A stretch of DNA of 32,000 bases from Candidatus Saccharimonadota bacterium (GCF_039383305.1 NZ_CP135009.1:150001-182000), one strand, 5' to 3'. Counted from the first letter of the stretch, positions 20,174-29,500 are shown. The notes: a model not told the origin generated them from the sequence alone. Numbers and translations are program-made.

Positions 20174-20453
20174 TTTTAAAGTTCTTTATGAGTATAAAAG
20201 TATTTAATATGCATTTTTTTAAAAGATTTATATATTATTTATTAAGAATATATTAACATGTATTTTTAAAAAAAATATTTAATAAATTTTTTAGTTGATC
20301 TTCTTGAGAATAATATTTTAAATAAGAATTTATAATTAAAAGTTTAAAAATTTTAAGATTAAATGTTTTTAAAATATTTTTATAATAATATTTTTTAAAA
20401 AAAATATTTTTTATTTTTCTATAAAAAGATTTATGTATAGTTTATTAATTTAA

Positions 20454-20459
20454 AAGGAG
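20454..20459 (+). promoter_or_regulatory. Shine-Dalgarno sequence of rpsB
   Basis: AAGGAG lies 8 nt upstream of the rpsB ATG at 20468. It is the strongest RBS match I saw in the window. Confidence 0.7.
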
Positions 20460-20467
20460 AAAGTTTA

Positions 20468-21169
20468 ATGGAAAATTTTTCTATGAAAAGTTTTATTAAA
20501 GCGGGCGCTCATTTTGGGCATCAAACTAGATATTGGAATCCAAAAATGAAACCATTTATTTTTGGGATACGTAATAAAGTTCATATTATTAATTTAGAAA
20601 AAACAGTACCTTTATTTAAAAATGCTCTAAAAGAATTAAAAAAAATTTCTTTAAATAAAGGAAAAATTTTATTTGTAGGAACTAAAAAATCTGCTAATAA
20701 AATTGTAAAATCGTCTGCAATTTTTTGCAAACAATTTTATGTTAATCATCGTTGGTTAGGTGGTATGTTAACAAATTGGAAAACAGTCCGTCAATCAATT
20801 AAACGCTTAAAAGATTTAGATATTCAATCAAAAGATGGTACATTTGAAAAACTTACTAAGAAAGAAGTATTATTAAAATTTAGATTAATGAAAAATTTGG
20901 AAAAAAGTTTAGGAGGAATTAAAAATATGGGGGGATTACCAGATGCTATTTTTGTGATTGATGCAACTCATGAGCATATTGCTATTAAAGAAGCTAATAA
21001 TTTAGGAATACCAGTTTTTGCAATTGTAGATACTAATTCTAATCCAGATGGAATAGATTTTATAATTCCAGGTAATGATGATGCTATTCGCGCTATTAAA
21101 TTATATTTAAAAATTGTTTCAGAATTTTTAAAAATTGATCAAATACAACAAACATCATTAATTTTTTAA
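20468..21169 (+). CDS. rpsB: 30S ribosomal protein S2
   Basis: 233 aa. [17 protein letters not shown] near the N terminus is almost identical to E. coli S2. Confidence 0.98.
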   Translation: MENFSMKSFIKAGAHFGHQTRYWNPKMKPFIFGIRNKVHIINLEKTVPLFKNALKELKKISLNKGKILFVGTKKSANKIVKSSAIFCKQFYVNHRWLGGMLTNWKTVRQSIKRLKDLDIQSKDGTFEKLTKKEVLLKFRLMKNLEKSLGGIKNMGGLPDAIFVIDATHEHIAIKEANNLGIPVFAIVDTNSNPDGIDFIIPGNDDAIRAIKLYLKIVSEFLKIDQIQQTSLIF

Positions 21170-21197
21170 TTTTTTTTAATTAAAAGAGTATTAATTT

Positions 21198-22004
21198 ATG
21201 AAAAAAATAAATATTACTTTAATCAGGAAGTTAAGAGAGAAAACAGGTTCTGGTTTATTAGATTGTAAAAAAGCTTTAATAAAAGCAAATGGAGATTTTC
21301 AAAAATCTTTAGATTATTTAAGAACTTCAGGGATTTGTGTAGCATTAAAAAAAAGTATTAAAGAACCTAAAATTGGAAAAATTTTTTTATATTGTAATTA
21401 TATGGTATCTATATTAATACAATTAAATGCTGAAACAGATTTTGTTGTAAAAAATAATTTGTTTATAACTTTAGGTAATGAAATAGTAAAATATGCTGGA
21501 GAAAATTTTATTTTTGAATTAAAAGAAATACGAAAGTTTTTTGATAAAAAAATTATTGCTTTAATTAATAAAGTAAAAGAAAATATTACTTTGAAAAAAA
21601 TTTATTTTCTAAAAGGAGAATATGTAAGCGCCTATATTCATAGTGGTCGTATTGGCGTGTTATTAAAATGGAATTCTGTTTTAAATGCAGAAAATTTAGA
21701 ATTAGGAAAAAAAATAGCTATGCATATTGCAGCTTCACATCCTTTATATTTACAAAAGGATTCGATTCCATCTGAAGTTTTTTTAAGAGAATATAATGTA
21801 CAGATGGAGTTAGCAAAAAAAACAGGAAAAAAATCTTTTTTATTAGAAAAGATTGTGAAAGGTCGTATGAAAAAATTTCAAAATGAATATACTTTATTAG
21901 AACAAAATTTTATTTTTAGTAATAAAGAAACTGTAAAAAATTTTTTAAAAAATAAAAATTTTATTATTAAAGAATTTATTTATGTTTCATTAAAAGATAA
22001 ATAA
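21198..22004 (+). CDS. tsf: elongation factor Ts
   Basis: 268 aa. N-terminal LREKTGSGLLDCKKAL block, position directly after rpsB, and AMHIAASHP block. Confidence 0.94.
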   Translation: MKKINITLIRKLREKTGSGLLDCKKALIKANGDFQKSLDYLRTSGICVALKKSIKEPKIGKIFLYCNYMVSILIQLNAETDFVVKNNLFITLGNEIVKYAGENFIFELKEIRKFFDKKIIALINKVKENITLKKIYFLKGEYVSAYIHSGRIGVLLKWNSVLNAENLELGKKIAMHIAASHPLYLQKDSIPSEVFLREYNVQMELAKKTGKKSFLLEKIVKGRMKKFQNEYTLLEQNFIFSNKETVKNFLKNKNFIIKEFIYVSLKDK

Positions 22005-22181
22005 TTTTTATTATTTTTTAAAAAATAAAATATAATAATATTTTAAAAAAATATAAAAAAAAATATTTTTTGGATGATTTTTCGAATGTTATGTTAAATT
22101 TAATTTTATATATATTAAACATGTAAAATTTTTTTTAATATTTTTTTTAAAAATGTATTTAGACAATTAGGAAAATTAATT

Positions 22182-22739
22182 ATGTTAAATAAAATAAAAA
22201 ATTTTTTACATATACGTATGAATAATTGTGTAAATTTATTTCAGAAAGATTTAAAAAAAATAAGAACTAATACAATTTCTCCAGATTTAATAGAAAACAT
22301 TACAATTAATTATTTTGGTACTGTAACTCCTTTAAAAAAATTATCTAATATTGTTGTTCAAGATTCTCAAACTTTAAAAATTACAGTTTTTGATAATTCA
22401 ATAATTCCTATGATTAAAAAATCGATTTTTAGTTCAAATTTAGGAATGAATCCTATTTCTGAAGGTTCTGATATTCGTGTGTATATGCCCCCTTTAACTG
22501 AAGATCGAAGATTAGAGTTAATTAGAATTATAAAAAATGATGCTGAAAATACACGAATTTTTATTCGTAATTTAAGAAGAGAAGGAAAAGAAAAAATAAA
22601 AAAATTATTAAAAAATAAAGAAGTTACAAAAGATTGTTTTTATATTTTTCAAATAGAGATTCAAAAAAAAACAAATTTTTTTATGAAAAAAATTGATTCT
22701 ATTGTGCTCTTAAAAACTAAAGAATTAATGAAAATTTAG
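22182..22739 (+). CDS. frr: ribosome recycling factor
   Basis: 185 aa, a canonical length. Contains MPPLTEDRR and IRNLRREGKEK blocks. Confidence 0.93.
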   Translation: MLNKIKNFLHIRMNNCVNLFQKDLKKIRTNTISPDLIENITINYFGTVTPLKKLSNIVVQDSQTLKITVFDNSIIPMIKKSIFSSNLGMNPISEGSDIRVYMPPLTEDRRLELIRIIKNDAENTRIFIRNLRREGKEKIKKLLKNKEVTKDCFYIFQIEIQKKTNFFMKKIDSIVLLKTKELMKI

Positions 22740-23326
22740 TTTTTTAACTTTAGTTAAAAAATTAATGTATTTTTAAGATTTTTTTTTAAAAAAGTTATAT
22801 ATTTTAAAAAATGTTAAATGATATTTATTTAAAAACATTTTAAGATTTAAAAAATTTTTTTAAAAAAAATATATTTTTTTAAAGTGATTTATATATTTTT
22901 TAAGAAAATAATTTATAAAAAAAATTTTTTATAATATAAATATTCAAAAAACAATATTTTTTAAAATTTTTAAAATCATATAACTAAATTTTATAGTTTT
23001 TAAATTTTTAAAGAATGATGATTTTTGAAGTATTTAAAGAATATTAAGAATATTACATAAATTATTTTTAATGAAATTTTTAGTAATAGAATGTTTATAA
23101 TTTGAGTGTTATTTGTATAATACATCTTGAGTAAAATTTATGACTAGAATAAAATATTATTATTTAAATTAAATAAAAAAATTTAATTTTTTAAATTTTT
23201 TAATATTATATTTTTATATAAAATATAATATTTTTTATGTATGCGATTGATTTTAAAAAAAAATATTTTATTTATAATTGTATTAAATTTCCATTCATTA
23301 GTATAATAAGGATAGATAGTATAAAT

Positions 23327-25843
23327 ATGTTATTTAAAAAATTTAGTTTGGTATGCTTATTATTTTTTTCTTTAGCTGAAGCTTCTCAATTTCAGTCTAA
23401 TATAGATTATAATGTTCCAAATTTTTCAAAAAATTTTCAAATATCTATATCAAAAAAGATGAATGATTATCCAATTTCGTCAAATATTTTAAAAAGAAAA
23501 TTTTTTCCAAATTCAAAAAATATTTTAAATGAGAAAAAAAAAATATTATCAAAAAATTTTCAATCTAAAATAATTTCTAAAAATTTGGATACAAAAATTC
23601 AATTAATTAAAAAAATTACTTTTTTAGGAAATAATTTTTTTTCTAATCAATCTCTTTTAGATATGATGAAAAATTTTGATATTTTAGAAAGTAAAATTTT
23701 TTCTTATTCACAAGTACAAAAATTTATTAAACATATAAAAGATATTTATTATCAAAATGGGTTTTTAAACTGTTGTGTTGAAATTGTAGGTGTCCCAGTT
23801 TCAAGTGATCGAGTACAAGTTAATGTAATGATTAAAGAAGGAAAAATTTCTCGTATTTCTAGTTTAGAGATTTCAGGAAATACTCATTTTTCTACTACGC
23901 AAATTAAAGAAATTTTGTTAAAAAATAAACCATTTTGGTTATTTAATTTTTTTTCTAAATCTATTTACGCGCCTAATAAATTTAAAAAACATTTAGATAA
24001 TTTATTAAAGTTATACCATATGCATGGTTATTTAGATTGCCAAATTTTTCCTGTATATTCAGTGAGCCCTAAAAATTTATTTTTGACTGATATTCAAGTT
24101 AGAATTCAAGAAGGTGCTTTATATGAATATGGTAAAATGGAAATTTTAGGTATAAAAGATCCTTTTTTTTTAAAAAATTTAAAAAAAATTTTAAAAAAAT
24201 TTCAACAAAAGTATAATTCATCATATAATTTAAAAAATATTTGTGTTCTCAAAAAAAAACTTAAAAATCTTTTTTTAAAATTTGGATATGCTAAAGTTTT
24301 TTTAAAAACTAAAATTTTAAAAGACATAAATTATAAAAAAATAAATTTTTATTTTTATTTAAAAAAAGATAAACAATATTTTCTTAATAAAATTTTTTTT
24401 CATGGTGCTACATACTCACAAGAAATTTTTTTACGTAAAATTTTACAAAAATATATAAATCGTTACTATGATTTTAGTCTTTTGAAAAAATGTTGCTTGA
24501 ATTTTTTAAAGACTGGATTTTTTGAAAGTGTTTCTATTAAACATGTTCCTATTTTTAAAAATTCTAATAAAATTAATGTATTTTTTATATTAAAAGAAGA
24601 GAATAGAAGAAATTGTGATTTTTCTTCTGAATATAATTTTCAAGAAGGATTAAAATTACATTTATTAGGATGGAAAAAAAATATTTTTGGTACTGGTTGG
24701 AAATTAAAAGGAAATATTTGGAAAGGTCCAGATTCTATAAAAGGTGATATGAATATTTCTGCTCCTTCAATATTTTTTAAAAATTATTTATTACAATATC
24801 ATATATTTTATCATACTTTAAAAAATCAATATTTTTTATCTTCTAATATTTTACAAAATGATGTAGGTAGTGAAATACAACTTAGAACTAAAAAACGTAA
24901 TCATAAACAAATGTTATTATCTTTAGGATATATTAATACTAAAAATTTTAATTTAAATTTAAATATTCCTACTGTAAAATTACGAGGTTCTTTTTATACT
25001 GATGTTATACAAAAATATTTTAATACACATAATTATGTAAAAAATTTTTTTGTACGTACTGCATTTGATTATAATACATTATTTCCTACAGTGTGTCCTG
25101 AAACTGGTAATCTTTTTAGATTTTTTGGGCAATTTAATTTACCGGCTTCTACAGAGTTATATCATAATTTTGCAATTAATCTTGAAAAATATATTCCTAT
25201 ATTGGATAAAAATAATATTATATTACATGGTTGTGCAAATTTTAAATTTGGAATTAATTTTTTAAAAGATTTATTTAAAGTTGAACCTGAAATTATACCA
25301 GAAGAAGAAAAAGAAGAAATTGTTCAAAATATTGAACCAGAAATTACTACAACAGTAATTCCTGAAGTTACAGAACCAGAAAATGCTGAATTTACTATGA
25401 TAGTAAAAGATTTAACGACTCCATCAATAGATACTACAACTGTTGTTCCTGAAGTCTTAAATTCTGATATTATATCTAGTTCAGAATCTGAAGATAAATC
25501 TTTAGAAGTTCAAAAAAATAAAATTCAACCGGTATTATTTTTGGATTTTTTAACTCAAATTAAAGCAGAAATTTTATTTCCGCATTTAAGATTTCCTATT
25601 CCGTTATTTCGAAATTTTCAATTTTCTATATTTACAGAATGTACTTCAAATTGGAATCTTGAAACTACATATGATATGCAAATTGTAAAAGATGGAACTT
25701 ATCATCAATTGAATCCACATAGTATGACTGTTATGGCTGGTTTTTTTACACGTTGGTTTTCACCTTTAGGTCCTATAAAATTTACTTTTTCTAAATCTGT
25801 GTTTCATTATGTCAATGAAAATTCTATAAATGAAGATATATAG
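23327..25843 (+). CDS. bamA: outer membrane protein assembly factor BamA (atypical)
   Basis: I place the start at the ATG at 23327, which gives a classical signal peptide MLFKKFSLVCLLFFSLAEA. By eye, POTRA2-5 align to E. coli BamA (ITFLGN..., ISGNTHFSTTQ...PFW..., FFHGATYSQE...). C-terminal barrel strands are recognisable (FFTRWFSPLGPIKFTFS). See findings for the divergent N-terminal and L6 segments. Confidence 0.88.
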   Translation: MLFKKFSLVCLLFFSLAEASQFQSNIDYNVPNFSKNFQISISKKMNDYPISSNILKRKFFPNSKNILNEKKKILSKNFQSKIISKNLDTKIQLIKKITFLGNNFFSNQSLLDMMKNFDILESKIFSYSQVQKFIKHIKDIYYQNGFLNCCVEIVGVPVSSDRVQVNVMIKEGKISRISSLEISGNTHFSTTQIKEILLKNKPFWLFNFFSKSIYAPNKFKKHLDNLLKLYHMHGYLDCQIFPVYSVSPKNLFLTDIQVRIQEGALYEYGKMEILGIKDPFFLKNLKKILKKFQQKYNSSYNLKNICVLKKKLKNLFLKFGYAKVFLKTKILKDINYKKINFYFYLKKDKQYFLNKIFFHGATYSQEIFLRKILQKYINRYYDFSLLKKCCLNFLKTGFFESVSIKHVPIFKNSNKINVFFILKEENRRNCDFSSEYNFQEGLKLHLLGWKKNIFGTGWKLKGNIWKGPDSIKGDMNISAPSIFFKNYLLQYHIFYHTLKNQYFLSSNILQNDVGSEIQLRTKKRNHKQMLLSLGYINTKNFNLNLNIPTVKLRGSFYTDVIQKYFNTHNYVKNFFVRTAFDYNTLFPTVCPETGNLFRFFGQFNLPASTELYHNFAINLEKYIPILDKNNIILHGCANFKFGINFLKDLFKVEPEIIPEEEKEEIVQNIEPEITTTVIPEVTEPENAEFTMIVKDLTTPSIDTTTVVPEVLNSDIISSSESEDKSLEVQKNKIQPVLFLDFLTQIKAEILFPHLRFPIPLFRNFQFSIFTECTSNWNLETTYDMQIVKDGTYHQLNPHSMTVMAGFFTRWFSPLGPIKFTFSKSVFHYVNENSINEDI
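25283..25455 (+). repeat. short intragenic direct repeats inside the acidic bamA segment
   Basis: GAACC[T/A]GAAA(T/A) occurs at 25283, 25334 and 25373, each encoding EPE. A 23-mer at 25346-25368 (ACTACAACAGTAATTCCTGAAGT) matches 25433-25455 (ACTACAACTGTTGTTCCTGAAGT) at 20 of 23 positions; both encode TTTV(I/V)PEV. Confidence 0.8.
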
Positions 25844-25895
25844 TTTTGTTATAATGTTTTCAAATAATATATAAATTTATAGAAATAAATAAAAA

Positions 25896-26002
25896 ATTCA
25901 CGAATATTTTTCATATGAATTTATTTTATAAAATTTTTAAGAAAAATAATTCATATACTTTTTAAAAGTTGGATAAAAAAATCATATGAATAATTCGTGA
26001 TT
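25896..26002 (+). repeat. interrupted inverted repeat in the bamA-fabZ spacer (terminator-like)
   Basis: Left arm ATTCACGAA-tatt-TTCATATGA (25896-25918) pairs with right arm TCATATGAA-ta-ATTCGTGA (25982-26000) in perfect blocks of 9 and 8 bp. The arms are 63 nt apart. The right arm is followed directly by TTTTATTTTTTTTT. Confidence 0.6.
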
Positions 26003-26028
26003 TTATTTTTTTTAAAAAGTGATAAAAA

Positions 26029-26463
26029 ATGTATAATTATTTTATTAAAGATATTTTAAAATATTTGCCACATCGGCATCCATTTTTGTTAGTGGATCAA
26101 ATATTAGAATATTCTTCTAATTTTTCTTTAGTAGCTGTTAGTAATATGTCTAAAAATGATTTTTTAGGGCATTTTCCAAAAAAAATAATATATCCTGGTT
26201 TTTTACTTTTGGAGTTAGTAGCTCAGTCCTGTGGATTATTACTATCTATAAGTAATCCTAAAATTTCGAAAGATATTTTTTATTGTTTAGGTAGTGTAAT
26301 TTCAGCAAAATTTAAGCAAATGGTAATACCCGAAGCTCAATTAATTATCAAAATTTTTTTAAAAAATTTTAATTTTACAGCATATAAATTTTATGGATCT
26401 ATTTTTGTAAAGAAAAAATTAGTGTTTACAACTACGTTAATTTTAGTTCAAAAGAAATTTTAA
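26029..26463 (+). CDS. fabZ: 3-hydroxyacyl-ACP dehydratase FabZ
   Basis: 144 aa. Contains LPHRHPFLLVDQILE, GHFP and PGFLLLELVAQ (catalytic His and Glu contexts). Confidence 0.92.
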   Translation: MYNYFIKDILKYLPHRHPFLLVDQILEYSSNFSLVAVSNMSKNDFLGHFPKKIIYPGFLLLELVAQSCGLLLSISNPKISKDIFYCLGSVISAKFKQMVIPEAQLIIKIFLKNFNFTAYKFYGSIFVKKKLVFTTTLILVQKKF

Positions 26464-26591
26464 TTTTTAAAAAAAATATTTTTTGTAAATATATAAATTA
26501 AAAAAATTTTTAATTTCAGAATGTTTAAGTATTTTAATATATAATTTAGGGGAATTTATTTTTTAAATATTAAAGTATTATTAGGAAAATT

Positions 26592-29500
26592 ATGAAAAAA
26601 GTAAATTTCGTACATTTACGTACACATAGTGATTATTCTATGATAGATGGATTATCAAAACCTGAAGTATTAGTACAACGTGCTGTTTCTTTAAAAATGG
26701 TTGCTTTAGGATTAACAGATATTAATAATTTATATGGTGTAATAAAATTTTATCATTTTGCGCGTCTATCAGGTATTAAACCTATTATTGGAGTAGATTT
26801 TACATTTCTTTCTAATATTATAAAAAATTATTTTTTTAGAATGACTTTATTAGCCGCTAATCAAGTTGGTTATCAAAATATTATTATCTTGTTATCAAAA
26901 TCTTATCAAAAAGGATATCAAGAAAATTTGGGTCCTGTTATTACTTTTAAAAATTTAAAAAAATATCGGGAAGGAATTATTATATTATCAGGGGGTATTG
27001 AAGGAGATATAGCTAAATGTATTTTATATAATGATTTAAAATTAATAAAAAAAAATTTTCAATATTTTAAAAAGTATTTTGATAATTCTTATTTTTTAGA
27101 AATTTCTAGAATTAAGAATTTTCGTGAAGAAGAATATTTAGAAAAAATTAAATATATTTCAAAAAAATTTAATATTCCTTTAGTGGTAACGAATCCAGTA
27201 TCTTTTTTAAAAAAAAAAGATTATAAAGTACATAAAATACGTATTGCGATTTATCAACGTAAAATTATTTCTGATTCTAAATTTTCTTATACATATACTA
27301 AAGAACAATTTTTAAAAAGTGAAAAAGAGATATGTGATTTATTTAAAGATTTTCCAGATGCTTTACGAAATAGTGTTGAAATTTCAAAACGTTGTAATGT
27401 GATTATACTTACCGGAAAATATTTTTTACCTGTTTTTGACACTGGTAGTATGAATATATTACAATTTTTTTTACAAAAAATTTCTGAAGGATTAGAAAAA
27501 AGATTACAAGAAATATTTCCTGTTGTATCTGTGCGCCAAAAATTGCGTATCCCATATGATATAAGATTATCATATGAAGTTTCTGTTATTAAAAAAATGG
27601 GATTTATTAGTTATTTTTTAATTGTTATGGAATTTATTCTTTGGGCAAAAAATAATGATATTCCAGTTGGCCCAGGTAGGGGATCTGGATCTGGTTCTTT
27701 AGTTGCTTATGTTTTACAAATTACTGAATTAGATCCTTTAAAATTTGATTTATTATTTGAAAGATTTTTAAATCCTGATCGAGTTTCTTTACCTGATTTT
27801 GATATTGATTTTTGTATGGAAAAAAGAGATTTAGTTATTGAACATGTTTCTGAAAAATATGGTAGAAACTCAGTAGCTCAAATTATTACTTTTGGAACCA
27901 TGGCGGCTAAAGCTGTAATACGTGATGTGGGTCGTGTATTAGGTTATCCTTACGGTTTTATTAATAAGATTTCTAAATTAGTTCCTTTAGATCCAGGTAT
28001 GACTTTAAGAAAAGCGTTCAGAAAACAGAAAGAATTAGAAAGATTATATAAAGAAGATTTAAATGTTAAAACATTAATTGATTTAGCTAAAAAATTAGAA
28101 GGCGTAGTACGGAATGTCGGTAAACATGCAGGAGGAGTAGTTATTTCTCCTACAAAAATTTCTGATTTTGCTCCATTATATTGTGATTCGAATGGAAAAA
28201 ATCAAGTAACGCAATTTGATAAAAATGATATTGAATATGTAGGATTAGTAAAATTTGATTTTTTAGGATTAAAAACTTTAACGATTATTAATTCTTGTAT
28301 TAAGATGGTTAATGAAAAAAATATTCGTTTAAAAAAAAAAACAATTAATATTAATAAAATTAGTTTATCTGATATAAAAAGTTTTAATTTATTAAAAAAA
28401 GCAGATACAATTGCTGTTTTTCAATTAGAATCTAAAGGTATGCAGGATTTAATTAGAAGATTAAAACCTGATTCTTTTGAAGATTTAATTGCTTTGGTAG
28501 CATTGTTTCGGCCGGGTCCGTTACAATCAGGAATGGTAGATAATTTTATAAATCGTAAACAAGGTTGTGAAAAAATAGCATATCCGGATAAAAAATGGCA
28601 ACATATTTTATTAAAACCTATTTTAGAATCTACATATGGCATTATTTTATATCAAGAACAAGTAATGAAAATAGCTCAAATTTTATCTAATTATACTCCG
28701 GGTCAAGCTGATATTTTACGTAGAGCAATGGGGAAAAAAGATCCTAAAGAAATGTCTGCTCAAAGAAATTCCTTTGAAATAGGAGCGAAAAAAAATGGAA
28801 TTTGTACTATTTTAGCTAATAAAATTTTTAATTTATTAGAAAAATTTGCTGCATATGGTTTTAATAAATCTCATTCTGCTACTTATGCTTTTTTATCATA
28901 TCAAACATTATGGTTAAAATCTAATTATCCTGCAGAGTTTTTCGCGTCCGCTTTAAATATGGATTTATCAAATACAATTAAAATTGTAATATTAATAAAG
29001 GATATTCAAAAAAGGAATTTAAAAATTATTCCTCCAGATATTAATATGAGTTGTTGGAATTTTTTTGTAGATAAAAACAATAATATTGTTTATGGTTTAG
29101 GAGCTATTAAAGGTTTAGGGAAATCTTCTATAGACATTATTCAAAAAGAAAGAAAAAATGGAAAAAAACCTTTTAAAAATTTTTTAGATTTATGTATTCG
29201 TACTGTTTCGAAAAATTTTACTCGTCGAGTTTTTGAAAGATTAATAATGTCTGGTGCTTGCGATAGTTTTAAAATTTGTAGATTTGAGTTATTTTATAAA
29301 ATAGAATATTTTATGAAAGTAGCTAAACAATATATTTTATTTCGTACTTCTAAGCAAAGAAATTTATTTGGTTCTCAACATTCTTTAAAAAATATTTTTT
29401 GTTTGCAGGATTCTCAGATTTTTTCAAAAAATAAGATAAAAAATTTGATAAATATGGAATATTATTATTTATGGGAAAAAGAAACTTTAGGATTTTATTT

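Noticed and set aside
22741-22758. Weak all- or mostly-A/T hairpins: TTTTAAC-ttta-GTTAAAA after frr, CTACAT...ATGTAG at 19331-19350 after map, and AATTCT...AGAATT at 1356-1372.
   Set aside because: Stems are 6-7 bp with at most one or two G/C pairs, as expected by chance in this composition. I did not call them terminators.
23116-23121. Perfect TATAAT hexamers considered as promoter -10 boxes, for example 23116-23121 before bamA, 14554-14559 (minus strand) before ftsA, and 20331-20336 before rpsB.
   Set aside because: TATAAT-like hexamers are ubiquitous at this A/T content. None had a convincing -35 at 16-18 nt spacing, and the candidate TTGAGA before rpsB is 21 nt away. I make no individual promoter calls.
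23237-23326. 30-codon N-terminal extension of bamA in the ORF track.
   Set aside because: The internal ATG at 23327 starts a textbook signal peptide. The extension has no homology and contains a copy of the intergenic T4A9TAT motif, so it is more likely 5' untranslated or promoter DNA.
25050-25265. 71-aa plus-strand ORF inside bamA in another frame.
   Set aside because: It is an alternative-frame artefact within a well-supported CDS, and its Leu/Ile/Tyr-rich composition is that of A/T-rich sequence.
28421-28642. 73-aa minus-strand ORF inside dnaE.
   Set aside because: It is antisense to a conserved, relatively G/C-rich part of dnaE and is a shadow ORF.
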